Below, piece after piece: positions 56,510-64,000 of a DNA stretch of 64,000 bases; position 1 is the first letter of the stretch, and each line of letters begins with the position of its first letter. Source of the stretch: Bacteroidaceae bacterium (GTDB taxonomy: Bacteria > Bacteroidota > Bacteroidia > Bacteroidales > Barnesiellaceae_A); the NCBI GenBank assembly GCA_017481745.1, contig JAFUOV010000011.1, positions 72,629 to 136,628 of the forward strand, in the 5' to 3' direction. The position numbers and the translations under genes were made by a program. Under the pieces are notes generated by a model. The model had not been told where the DNA came from, did no database searches, and saw only the letters and a list, made by a program, of their open reading frames with translations.

Positions 56510-56747
56510 AGTATAAGAATATTTACCCCCCCTAACGGATGTTAAAAAATGTTATATATAAGGTTTTTGACACTTGAAGTAGGGCTTTTTCTTGTAATAG
56601 TTGTGTGTGCGAGTTGTATGTGTTTCTCTTGTTTGTTTGCTTTTGGGGTTACAATTATCTATAATGATATTATGTGTGTATGCTCTTATGGTGCAGATGT
56701 GATAATGTGGTGTTGTTGTATCTCGGGTGATACGAAAAAGGGTGAGT

Positions 56748-56807
56748 CTCATAGGAGTTTTCAACTACTGCATCTACATTGTCATACTTATGATAGAGGG
56801 TAGTTGT
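56748..56807 (-). pseudogene. 20-codon fragment of the DUF4254-like gene (direct repeat of 50589-50648)
   Basis: 58/60 nt are identical to 50589-50648 at a constant offset of 6159 nt. In the gene frame it reads TTTLYHKYDNVDAVVENSYE, against TTTLYHKYDNVDAVVENPYE in the intact gene. Confidence 0.85.
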
Positions 56808-56837
56808 ACCCCCTCAATAATGTCTAAATAATTGTGA

Positions 56838-56888
56838 GGAAAAATAAAAAAAGAATGTTACCATACCACAAAAGTATAGTAACATTCT
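56838..56888 (-). terminator. Rho-independent terminator of the rimP-nusA-infB operon
   Basis: 10-bp stem AGAATGTTAC/GTAACATTCT. On the minus strand it is followed by TTTTTTTATTTTT. Confidence 0.75.
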
Positions 56889-56935
56889 CTATGAGTAGTA
56901 TAAAAGAGGATTTATTGTTTTGTTATTTATGCTGA

Positions 56936-59797
56936 TTACAAGCTTTTCTTTACTTCTATCTCTTCGTAGGCTTCTATGAGGTCGCCCACTTTTACGTCGT
57001 TGTAGTTGGTGATGTTCAAACCGCACTCGTAGCCGGTGAGAACCTCTTTTACGTCGTCTTTGAAGCGTTTGAGTGAACCAAGTTCGCCGGTGTATATAAC
57101 GATACCGTCGCGGATGAGGCGTACGCGAGCCGAGCGGCGCAACTTACCTTCCTTAACGATACATCCGGCAATAGTACCCACCTTCGAGATGTGGAATGTC
57201 TCGCGTACCTCGGCAGTACCGATAACCTCCTCGCGTACCTCGGGCGAGAGCATGCCTTCCATAGCGGCTTTTACTTGCTCGATAGCATCGTAGATAATCG
57301 AGTACATGCGCACATCGACACCCTCTTTCTCTGCCAAGCGGCGTGCTGCCATAGAAGGACGTACTTGGAAGCCCACGATGATGGCGTTTGATGCTGCTGC
57401 AAGAATTATATCCGACTCTGAAATTTGTCCCACTGCTTTGTGCAGAACGTTGACTTGTATCTGCTCGGTCGAGAGCTTGATAAGTGAGTCTGTCAACGCC
57501 TCTACCGAACCGTCAACGTCACCCTTAACAATGATGTTGAGCTCTTGGAAGCCACCGACAGCGATGCGGCGACCTATATCGTCGAGTGTGAGGAGTTTTT
57601 GTGTACGCAAGCCTTGTTCGCGTTGTAATTGTTCGCGTTTGTTGGCAATCTCGCGAGCCTCTTGTTCGCTCTCCATTACGTTGAATGTGTCGCCTGCTTG
57701 GGGTGCGCCGTTCAAGCCGAGGATGAGTACCGGCTCGGCGGGTCCTGCCTCTTGTATGCGTTGGTTACGCTCGTTAAACATCGCTTTGATGCGACCATGG
57801 TGAGTACCTGCCAAGACAATATCGCCCATGCGGAGTGTACCGTTTTGTACCAATACGGTGGCCACATATCCACGACCTTTGTCGAGGGTCGATTCGATAA
57901 TAGAACCTACTGCGCGACGGTTGGGGTTGGCTTTGAGTTCGAGCATTTCTGCCTCAAGGAGTACCTTTTCGAGCAATTCGTCAACGCCGGTACCTTTCTT
58001 GGCAGAGATGTCTTGCGACTGGTATTTACCACCCCATTCCTCAACGAGGTAGTTCATATTGGCAAGTGTCTCTTTGATTTTGTCGGGGTTGGCGGCGGGC
58101 TTATCGACCTTGTTGATGGCAAAGACGATGGGCACACCGGCTGCCGATGCGTGGTTGATAGCCTCGACGGTTTGGGGCATGACGTTGTCGTCGGCTGCCA
58201 CAATGATGATGGCGATATCGGTAATCTTCGCACCACGAGCACGCATGGCGGTAAATGCCTCGTGACCCGGTGTGTCGAGGAATGTGATGTGGCGACCATC
58301 TTCGAGTGTTACGTTGTATGCACCAATGTGTTGTGTTATACCACCTGCCTCACCGGCAATAACATTGGCGTTACGGATGTAGTCGAGCAACGATGTCTTA
58401 CCGTGGTCTACGTGTCCCATTACGGTTACAATAGGCGGACGTTGCATCAAATCGTCGGGAGTATCTTCCTCAACGGCTATGGCTTCCGATACTTCGGCGC
58501 TTACATATTCTGTTTGGAACCCAAACTCCTCGGCAACGATGTTGATGGTTTCTGCATCGAGACGTTGGTTGATAGATACCATGATGCCAAGGCTCATACA
58601 AGTACCAATAACCTTGTTGATGGGTACATCCATCATAGATGCAAGGTCGTTGGCGGTAACAAACTCGGTGAGCTTGAGTATCTTGCTTTCGGCAAGTTCT
58701 TGCTCTACGCGCTCTTGCTCGCGAGTTGAGAATGCTTCGCGTTTCTCTTTACGCCATTTGGCGCCTTTCTTCTGACCCTTTTGGGTGAGGCGGGCAAGTG
58801 TCTCTTTGATTTGCTTTTGTACATCCTCTTCGTTTACCTCTGCCTTGATGGGGCGTTTGGGTTGTTTATTGGGCTTGCCGTTCTTTTTGTTGTTGGCGGC
58901 AGCGTTGTTGTTGGGTTGTTGGTTCTTGCGCTCGGGATTGGCACCTATGGTCGATGCTGTCTTCTCGATGTCAACGCGGTCTTTGTTGATGCGTTTGCGT
59001 TTCTTGCGCTCGCCGGTGGGTGTGGTAGCTGCGCCGGCTGCCGGTGCGACTTGTTGTTTTGCCTCGCGCTCTTTGCGTTTCTCTTCCTTCGATTTTTTCT
59101 TGGGACGAGTTTGTTGGTTGATGCTGTCGAGGTCTATGCGACCCAATACTTGGGGTTTGGGTGCTGCGGCAACACTGCCCAGTGAGAATACTTCATTCTT
59201 GTTCTCCTCAACCTCGGCTTTCTCCTCTTTTTTCTCTTCAACAGGAGCGGGAGCGGGTTTGGGCTCTTCGGTCTTCTTGGGTTGAGGTGCAGGAGCGGGT
59301 TTCTCCTCTTTCTTCTCAGCGACAACAGGTTTTTCCTCTTTCTTTACCTCTACTTTCTTGGGTTGAGGTGCGGGTTGTGGAGCTACCTTTTCAACGGGCT
59401 TCTCTTCCTTCTTCTCTACGACGGGCGCAGGAGCGGGTTGGGGCTCGGGTTTGGGTTGTTGAGTCTCGGCAGGTTTGGCAGTAGAGGGCTTGTTATCCAA
59501 GTCGATTGTACGCAAAACTTTGGGCTTTGCAGGCTCCGCAACAGTAACAGGAGTGGGTGTGGCGGGTTTCTCGACGGCAGGCGTAGGACGCTTTTGTCGC
59601 TCGAGGCTGATGTTGTCCGATTCTTTTTTCAAGATTTTATCGGGAGCAAACTCCTTGACAAGCAGGTCGTATTGCTCGTCGCTGATTTTTGCGTTGGGGT
59701 TTGAGTCGACCTCAATACCTTTCTTCTGGAGGAAACCGACAACTGTGTCGATACCTACGTTTAAGTCTCTTACTACTTTATTTAACCTTACTGACAT
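56936..59797 (-). CDS. infB: Translation initiation factor IF-2
   Basis: G-domain motifs [20 protein letters not shown] and NKVD. The N-terminal region is low-complexity and Pro/Lys/Glu-rich. 953 aa. Confidence 0.95.
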   Translation of the reverse strand: MSVRLNKVVRDLNVGIDTVVGFLQKKGIEVDSNPNAKISDEQYDLLVKEFAPDKILKKESDNISLERQKRPTPAVEKPATPTPVTVAEPAKPKVLRTIDLDNKPSTAKPAETQQPKPEPQPAPAPVVEKKEEKPVEKVAPQPAPQPKKVEVKKEEKPVVAEKKEEKPAPAPQPKKTEEPKPAPAPVEEKKEEKAEVEENKNEVFSLGSVAAAPKPQVLGRIDLDSINQQTRPKKKSKEEKRKEREAKQQVAPAAGAATTPTGERKKRKRINKDRVDIEKTASTIGANPERKNQQPNNNAAANNKKNGKPNKQPKRPIKAEVNEEDVQKQIKETLARLTQKGQKKGAKWRKEKREAFSTREQERVEQELAESKILKLTEFVTANDLASMMDVPINKVIGTCMSLGIMVSINQRLDAETINIVAEEFGFQTEYVSAEVSEAIAVEEDTPDDLMQRPPIVTVMGHVDHGKTSLLDYIRNANVIAGEAGGITQHIGAYNVTLEDGRHITFLDTPGHEAFTAMRARGAKITDIAIIIVAADDNVMPQTVEAINHASAAGVPIVFAINKVDKPAANPDKIKETLANMNYLVEEWGGKYQSQDISAKKGTGVDELLEKVLLEAEMLELKANPNRRAVGSIIESTLDKGRGYVATVLVQNGTLRMGDIVLAGTHHGRIKAMFNERNQRIQEAGPAEPVLILGLNGAPQAGDTFNVMESEQEAREIANKREQLQREQGLRTQKLLTLDDIGRRIAVGGFQELNIIVKGDVDGSVEALTDSLIKLSTEQIQVNVLHKAVGQISESDIILAAASNAIIVGFQVRPSMAARRLAEKEGVDVRMYSIIYDAIEQVKAAMEGMLSPEVREEVIGTAEVRETFHISKVGTIAGCIVKEGKLRRSARVRLIRDGIVIYTGELGSLKRFKDDVKEVLTGYECGLNITNYNDVKVGDLIEAYEEIEVKKSL

Positions 59798-59857
59798 AGA
59801 CTTTAATTACTGATTAGAAATTCTTGTAACATTCTCAACGTTGTGTGCCGAGTCGGG

Positions 59858-61297
59858 TTAGTCTTCAAACTCTGCTTTGAGGATTTCGATAACTTCGTCG
59901 ACAGTGTCCTCTTCCAAGTCCGCCTTGTCGATAAGTTCTTCGCGTGAATGTGCCAATACTTGTTTTGCGGTTTCGCAACCCATTTTCTTGAGGGCGTCGA
60001 TAACCCATTGGTCTATTTCGTTGGTAAATTCATCCAAGAATACATCTTCCTCGTCGTTGAGGAATGCTTGTATTTGTTTTACCAAGTTGCTGTCCAAGCC
60101 TGTCTTGCCAACCAACTCTTCTACCGAAGCGCGGATAACGCTTTGGTCGGTTGTATAGCCGGCTGCCATGAATGCGTTGATGGCTGTGCTGTCGATTTCG
60201 CCATCGTACTTGTCGAGTGTGATGCCTACCGACTCTTCGCCTTCTTGCTTCATGCGGCATACTTCGATTTCGTAGCCGGTGAGCTTCATGGCAAGACGTA
60301 TGTTAAGACCGTTCTTACCGATGGCAAGCGAAACCTCTTTCGAGTCGCTCAAGTATACCGATGCTCTCTTGTTCTCCTCGTCAACTTCGATAGAAGCTAT
60401 CTTGGCGGGGCTGAGGGCACGTTGTATGAAGAGTGAGGGGTTGGATGTGTAGTTGATAACGTCGATGTTCTCGTTGCGCAACTCGCGTACGATACCATGT
60501 ATGCGTGAGCCTTTTACACCTACGCACGCGCCTACGGGGTCGATGCGATCGTCGTACGACTCAACAGCAATCTTGGCACGTTCGCCGGGGATGCGTGCGA
60601 TGGCGCGGATGAGGATAAGACCGTCGTGTATCTCGGGTACTTCCAATTCAAACAGACGGCGCAAGAAGTCGTTTGATGTACGCGATACGATGATTTTGGG
60701 GTTGTTGTTTTTGTTTTCAACATCGAGCACTATGGCGCGGGCAGTGTCGCCTTTGCGATAGTAGTCGGTGGGTATTTGCTCCTCTTTGGGCAAGAGCAAC
60801 TCGTTGTTTTCGTCGTCAACGAGCAGTGTCTCTTTTTTCCATATTTGATATACTTCGGCACTTACCAACTCGCCGATGCGGTCTTTGTAACGGTTGTAGA
60901 GAGCATCTTTTTGCAAGTCGAGAATTTTTGAAGCCAACGTTTGGCGCAAGTTGAGGATGGCACGACGACCGAATTTTTCGAAAATCACCTCGTCTGTTAC
61001 CTCTTCGCCTACTTCAAAGTCGGGGTCAATAGCCTTTGCTTCAGAGAGCGAAATTTGCATATTGGGATTTGTTACAGCACCGTCCTCTACGATTTCACGA
61101 TTGCGCCATATCTCAAAGTCGCCTTTGGCGGGGTTGACAATCACGTCGAAGTTCTCGTCTGTGCCAAACATCTTTGCGAGCACATTGCGGAACGACTCCT
61201 CCAAAACGCTTATCATGGTGGTTACTTCGATATTCTTGAGTTCTTTAAACTCTGAGAACGTATCTACCATACTGATGGTTTCTGCTTTCTTTGCCAT
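59858..61297 (-). CDS. nusA: Transcription termination/antitermination factor NusA
   Basis: An S1 domain, and KH domains with ACVGVKGSRIHGIVRELRNENIDVI and LAIGKNGLNIRLA. The acidic C-terminal extension brings it to 479 aa. Confidence 0.9.
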   Translation of the reverse strand: MAKKAETISMVDTFSEFKELKNIEVTTMISVLEESFRNVLAKMFGTDENFDVIVNPAKGDFEIWRNREIVEDGAVTNPNMQISLSEAKAIDPDFEVGEEVTDEVIFEKFGRRAILNLRQTLASKILDLQKDALYNRYKDRIGELVSAEVYQIWKKETLLVDDENNELLLPKEEQIPTDYYRKGDTARAIVLDVENKNNNPKIIVSRTSNDFLRRLFELEVPEIHDGLILIRAIARIPGERAKIAVESYDDRIDPVGACVGVKGSRIHGIVRELRNENIDVINYTSNPSLFIQRALSPAKIASIEVDEENKRASVYLSDSKEVSLAIGKNGLNIRLAMKLTGYEIEVCRMKQEGEESVGITLDKYDGEIDSTAINAFMAAGYTTDQSVIRASVEELVGKTGLDSNLVKQIQAFLNDEEDVFLDEFTNEIDQWVIDALKKMGCETAKQVLAHSREELIDKADLEEDTVDEVIEILKAEFED

Positions 61298-61300
61298 AGC

Positions 61301-61768
61301 TTACTTAAATCTTATTAGATATTTAGTGTATTTTACTTCTTCGTATGTGAGGTTTATATCTTCTTCAACCTCTATTTTGCGTTTGCTGCCCTCGGGTTTC
61401 ACCTTCTTGGTAATGGTGATGACAAAGGCTTGGTCGTCGCACTCTTTCAACACGCCTGCCATCTTGCGACCGTCGCGTGTGAGCACTTCTACTTCGTTGC
61501 CTATGTTCTTGCGGTATTGCGCAACAACCTTGAAGGGCGACGTGATACCTGCCGAGCCTACTTCGAGTTCATAGTCCTCTACTTCTCGGTCGAGCTTCGA
61601 CTCTATGAAGCGGTGCAATTTTTCGCATCGTTCTATGTCGATGCCTTCTTGATTGTCAATCTCTACAACGATGATGTTGCCGGGACGTACCATTACGTCT
61701 ACAACAAAGCAGTCGCTGTCTTGCAATCCCTCGGTTACGATATCGTATACTATTTGTTTGTCTATCAT
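61301..61768 (-). CDS. rimP: Ribosome maturation factor RimP
   Basis: 155 aa counted from ATG 61768 (MIDKQIVYDIV...). It sits immediately upstream of nusA (3-nt gap). Confidence 0.8.
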   Translation of the reverse strand: MIDKQIVYDIVTEGLQDSDCFVVDVMVRPGNIIVVEIDNQEGIDIERCEKLHRFIESKLDREVEDYELEVGSAGITSPFKVVAQYRKNIGNEVEVLTRDGRKMAGVLKECDDQAFVITITKKVKPEGSKRKIEVEEDINLTYEEVKYTKYLIRFK

Positions 61769-61829
61769 GTTTTTCGTTTTAAGAAAAAAATGAGGGGACA
61801 TCATTGCCCCCTCCACTTCCTATGTGATG

Positions 61830-61837
61830 CAAATATA
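61830..61837 (-). promoter_or_regulatory. -7 promoter box (TATATTTG) for rimP-nusA-infB
   Basis: The reverse complement of caaatata lies 62 nt upstream of ATG 61768. Confidence 0.5.
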
Positions 61838-61924
61838 ATACTTTATTGTAGTCGATACAAGTCTTGTGCCCCAATTGCCCTCAAATGGCTCGAAATATTA
61901 TGATTTATTTGTAATATTTAATAT

Positions 61925-62662
61925 TTATAAACTTATCGGAAAGCGAAATTGCCGCATTTCTTTGCGCCATATTGCCTCGTTGCCTTGACAGTATTCGTTG
62001 CACAGACGGTGAAATGCGGGGCTGTGATTGAAGTGTGTGAGGTGGGCAAGTTCGTGGCAGACGATGTATTGTCGCAGGTGCATGGGAAAGAACAACACGT
62101 ATGCCGAGATGGTTATCACCCCACTGCGAGAGCAGTGCCCTAACGTGCGGCTGCCGCGACCTATGCGCACCTCTTTTACTTGCAGGGCAAACTGCTTGGC
62201 ATACTCGGCAACCATTTGTCGCAATACATGCCCATATCGTTGTGTGATTTGCCGCAAAATTAAGCGCGAAAAACCTTGAGCGAACTCCTCTTCCGCGAGG
62301 TCGTGGGTAGGGTTGTATGCAAAGACGAGTTTGTCGCCTTCGTTGTTGACCTTTACGTTGCGTAGTCCTACATTGTTGTCGGCTACGATATGTATGTCGC
62401 CCTCGACAAGCGATATGACTTTGCCATTGTATAATGTTGTGTCGGAAGTCTTTTCGGAAGCCCTCAATAACAATCGGCGCAGGGCATCGCGATTTGTGTC
62501 GACCAAGCCCTGTATGTATGCGTTGTCGCATCTCAAAAATTGCGGAATTACCACCAAAAGAGCATTGTTCCGCACCTTAAAAAGTATGCGTCGCGCTCTC
62601 AAGCTGCGTTGTATCGAGAGTGTCCCCAATTCGGCATCGGATATTTTATTGTTTTCGGGCAT
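61925..62662 (-). CDS. YgjP/DUF45-like zinc metallopeptidase-fold protein (M48 family annotation type)
   Basis: HExxH motif in YIVCHELAHLTHFNHSPAFH. 245 aa. Confidence 0.75.
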   Translation of the reverse strand: MPENNKISDAELGTLSIQRSLRARRILFKVRNNALLVVIPQFLRCDNAYIQGLVDTNRDALRRLLLRASEKTSDTTLYNGKVISLVEGDIHIVADNNVGLRNVKVNNEGDKLVFAYNPTHDLAEEEFAQGFSRLILRQITQRYGHVLRQMVAEYAKQFALQVKEVRIGRGSRTLGHCSRSGVITISAYVLFFPMHLRQYIVCHELAHLTHFNHSPAFHRLCNEYCQGNEAIWRKEMRQFRFPISL

Positions 62663-62781
62663 GGATTTGTAATAAAACGATGCAAATGTATGTTTTTTGG
62701 CGAATAAGTGGAAATTTATGGGTGCAAAATATTTTTAGCGAAATTCTTGGTATAATTTGGGCTTTGATAACTTTAATTTAT

Positions 62782-62789
62782 TAACTTTG
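62782..62789 (+). promoter_or_regulatory. -7 promoter box (TAACTTTG) for korA
   Basis: Matches TAnnTTTG and lies 63 nt upstream of ATG 62852. Confidence 0.5.
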
Positions 62790-62851
62790 CACCAAACCTA
62801 TGGCTTGTCCGTAGGAGTAGTTAACCTAATCTACAAACTAATAGCAACGAA

Positions 62852-64000
62852 ATGACAGAATCAACAAAGGTGAAAGCTTTGGATAAGGTGGTTGTTCGTT
62901 TCTCGGGAGACTCGGGCGACGGTATGCAACTTGCAGGCAACATCTTCTCAGCAATCTCGGCTGCAATAGGCAATGAGATTTCGACATTCCCCGACTATCC
63001 GGCAGAGATACGCGCACCGCAAGGCACCTTAAGCGGCGTGTCGGGTTTCCAAGTTCACATAGGTAAAGGCGTGTATACACCCGGCGACAAAGCCGATGTT
63101 TTGGTGGCAATGAACCCCGCCGCGTTGAAAACACAAATCCAGTTCTTGAAAAAAGGTGGAGTAGTTATTATTGATACCGACTCATTCAAAGAGAGCGACT
63201 TGAAGAAGGCTCTCTATGAGACTGACGATGCTATCGCCGAGTTGGGTATCGACCCGGCACAAGTTATGTCGGTGGCTATCACTACACTCACCAAAGAGTC
63301 GCTTGCCGATTCGGGTCTTGATGTGAAGAGCATCGTTCGATGCAAAAACATCTTTGCCCTCGGTCTTGTATGCTGGCTTTTCGATCGTCCTGTTTCTCAA
63401 GCCGGACACATGCTTTCGCACAAATTTGCCAAGAAACCTTCTATTGCCGAGGCAAACGTGAAAGTATTGAACGATGGTTACAACTATGGTAACAACATAC
63501 ATGCATCGGTGTCGACCTACCGCGTAGAGACTGCATCGGTGCGCAAGGGTATTTATACCGACTTGAATGGTAACACTGCTACTGCATGGGGTCTTATAGC
63601 TGCCTCGGAGAAAGCAGGTTTGCCCCTCTTCCTCGGTAGTTATCCTATCACACCTGCTACCGATATCCTTCACGAGCTTGCCAAACGTAAAGATCTTGGT
63701 GTAAAAGCCGTTCAAATGGAGGATGAGATTGCCGGTGCTTGCTCGGCTATCGGTGCTGCTTTTGCCGGTAACTTGGCTGCAACATCTACCTCGGGTCCCG
63801 GTCTTGCACTCAAGAGCGAGGCGATAGGCTTGGCTGTAATGGCTGAGTTGCCTTTGGTAGTTATCGACGTGCAACGTGGTGGTCCCTCGACAGGTCTTCC
63901 TACCAAGACCGAGCAAACCGACCTCTTGCAAGCCCTGTATGGTCGCAATGGTGAGAGCCCCCTTGTTGTAGTGGCTGCTTCAACTCCTGCCAACTGCTAC
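62852..64000 (+). CDS. korA: 2-oxoglutarate/2-oxoacid:ferredoxin oxidoreductase alpha subunit (C-terminal end outside the window)
   Basis: My own translation from ATG 62852 gives MTESTKVKALDKVVVRFSGDSGDGMQLAG...YPITPATDILHELA...VQRGGPSTGLPTKTEQTDLLQALYGRNGESP. The frame stays open to the window edge (383 codons). Confidence 0.85.
   Translation, partial: MTESTKVKALDKVVVRFSGDSGDGMQLAGNIFSAISAAIGNEISTFPDYPAEIRAPQGTLSGVSGFQVHIGKGVYTPGDKADVLVAMNPAALKTQIQFLKKGGVVIIDTDSFKESDLKKALYETDDAIAELGIDPAQVMSVAITTLTKESLADSGLDVKSIVRCKNIFALGLVCWLFDRPVSQAGHMLSHKFAKKPSIAEANVKVLNDGYNYGNNIHASVSTYRVETASVRKGIYTDLNGNTATAWGLIAASEKAGLPLFLGSYPITPATDILHELAKRKDLGVKAVQMEDEIAGACSAIGAAFAGNLAATSTSGPGLALKSEAIGLAVMAELPLVVIDVQRGGPSTGLPTKTEQTDLLQALYGRNGESPLVVVAASTPANCY

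Noticed and set aside
50649-56747. Calling the pilus-like segment a mobile genetic element.
   Set aside because: No integrase, transposase, relaxase or terminal inverted repeats are found in any frame. Only the 60-nt direct repeat supports a rearrangement, so I report it as a finding and not as a mobile_element feature.
57629-58729. A 366-aa ORF on the + strand, antisense to infB. Similar long antisense ORFs lie opposite the T9SS genes (for example 27992-29020 and 25184-25828).
   Set aside because: Each lies opposite a strongly supported gene. They are low-complexity or Cys/His-rich translations without start context or a promoter box. Codon bias typically produces such stop-poor antisense frames.
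59150-59500. Imperfect tandem repeats in DNA, encoding a [14 protein letters not shown] low-complexity protein segment.
   Set aside because: This is the normal variable, Pro/Lys/Glu-rich N-terminal region of IF-2 and not an independent repeat element.

Overview
This window looks like a chromosomal segment of a Bacteroidales (Bacteroidota) genome. The evidence is many TAnnTTTG -7 promoter boxes placed 20-60 nt upstream of start codons, T9SS C-terminal sorting domains, a type V pilus-like operon, and a DUF5683-like gene after parAB. I call about 45 protein genes and 4 tRNAs. I found no rRNA, no CRISPR array, and no transposase or integrase in any frame.

Housekeeping genes:
- Left part: lolD-like, tcdA, surE, parA, parB, an SLT/LysM transglycosylase, recO, a tRNA-Glu/rpsT/tRNA-Glu unit, and nhaP2-like.
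- Middle: rpoN, rnr, gyrB, tRNA-Lys, and metK with a long leader.
- Right part: a GT9 glycosyltransferase, the rimP-nusA-infB operon, a YgjP-like metallopeptidase, and korA (partial).

Accessory or unusual loci:
1. A four-gene operon (24878-34493) in which every product is T9SS-sorted, lying divergent from a transmembrane TPR/LuxR-type regulator. It encodes a duplicated CxxC Omp28-like protein, two propeller-like paralogs and an FN3-rich protein. None has an assignable function. This is my best candidate for an undescribed system.
2. A roughly 6.1 kb type V pilus-like operon bracketed by a 60-nt direct repeat. One repeat copy is a 20-codon fragment of the neighbouring DUF4254-like gene.
3. An operon of an alpha/beta hydrolase, a MurF-like ligase with a polytopic membrane N-terminus, and a long-form Ddl.
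4. A glutamate decarboxylase / Glu:GABA antiporter locus with a porin-like beta-barrel gene embedded in it.
5. A tightly packed U32 / 1000-aa TPR / beta-barrel operon behind a tandemly repeated promoter.

Limits: all functional calls come from motif recognition by eye. No database search, covariance model or structure prediction could be run. Family names and DUF numbers are therefore tentative.
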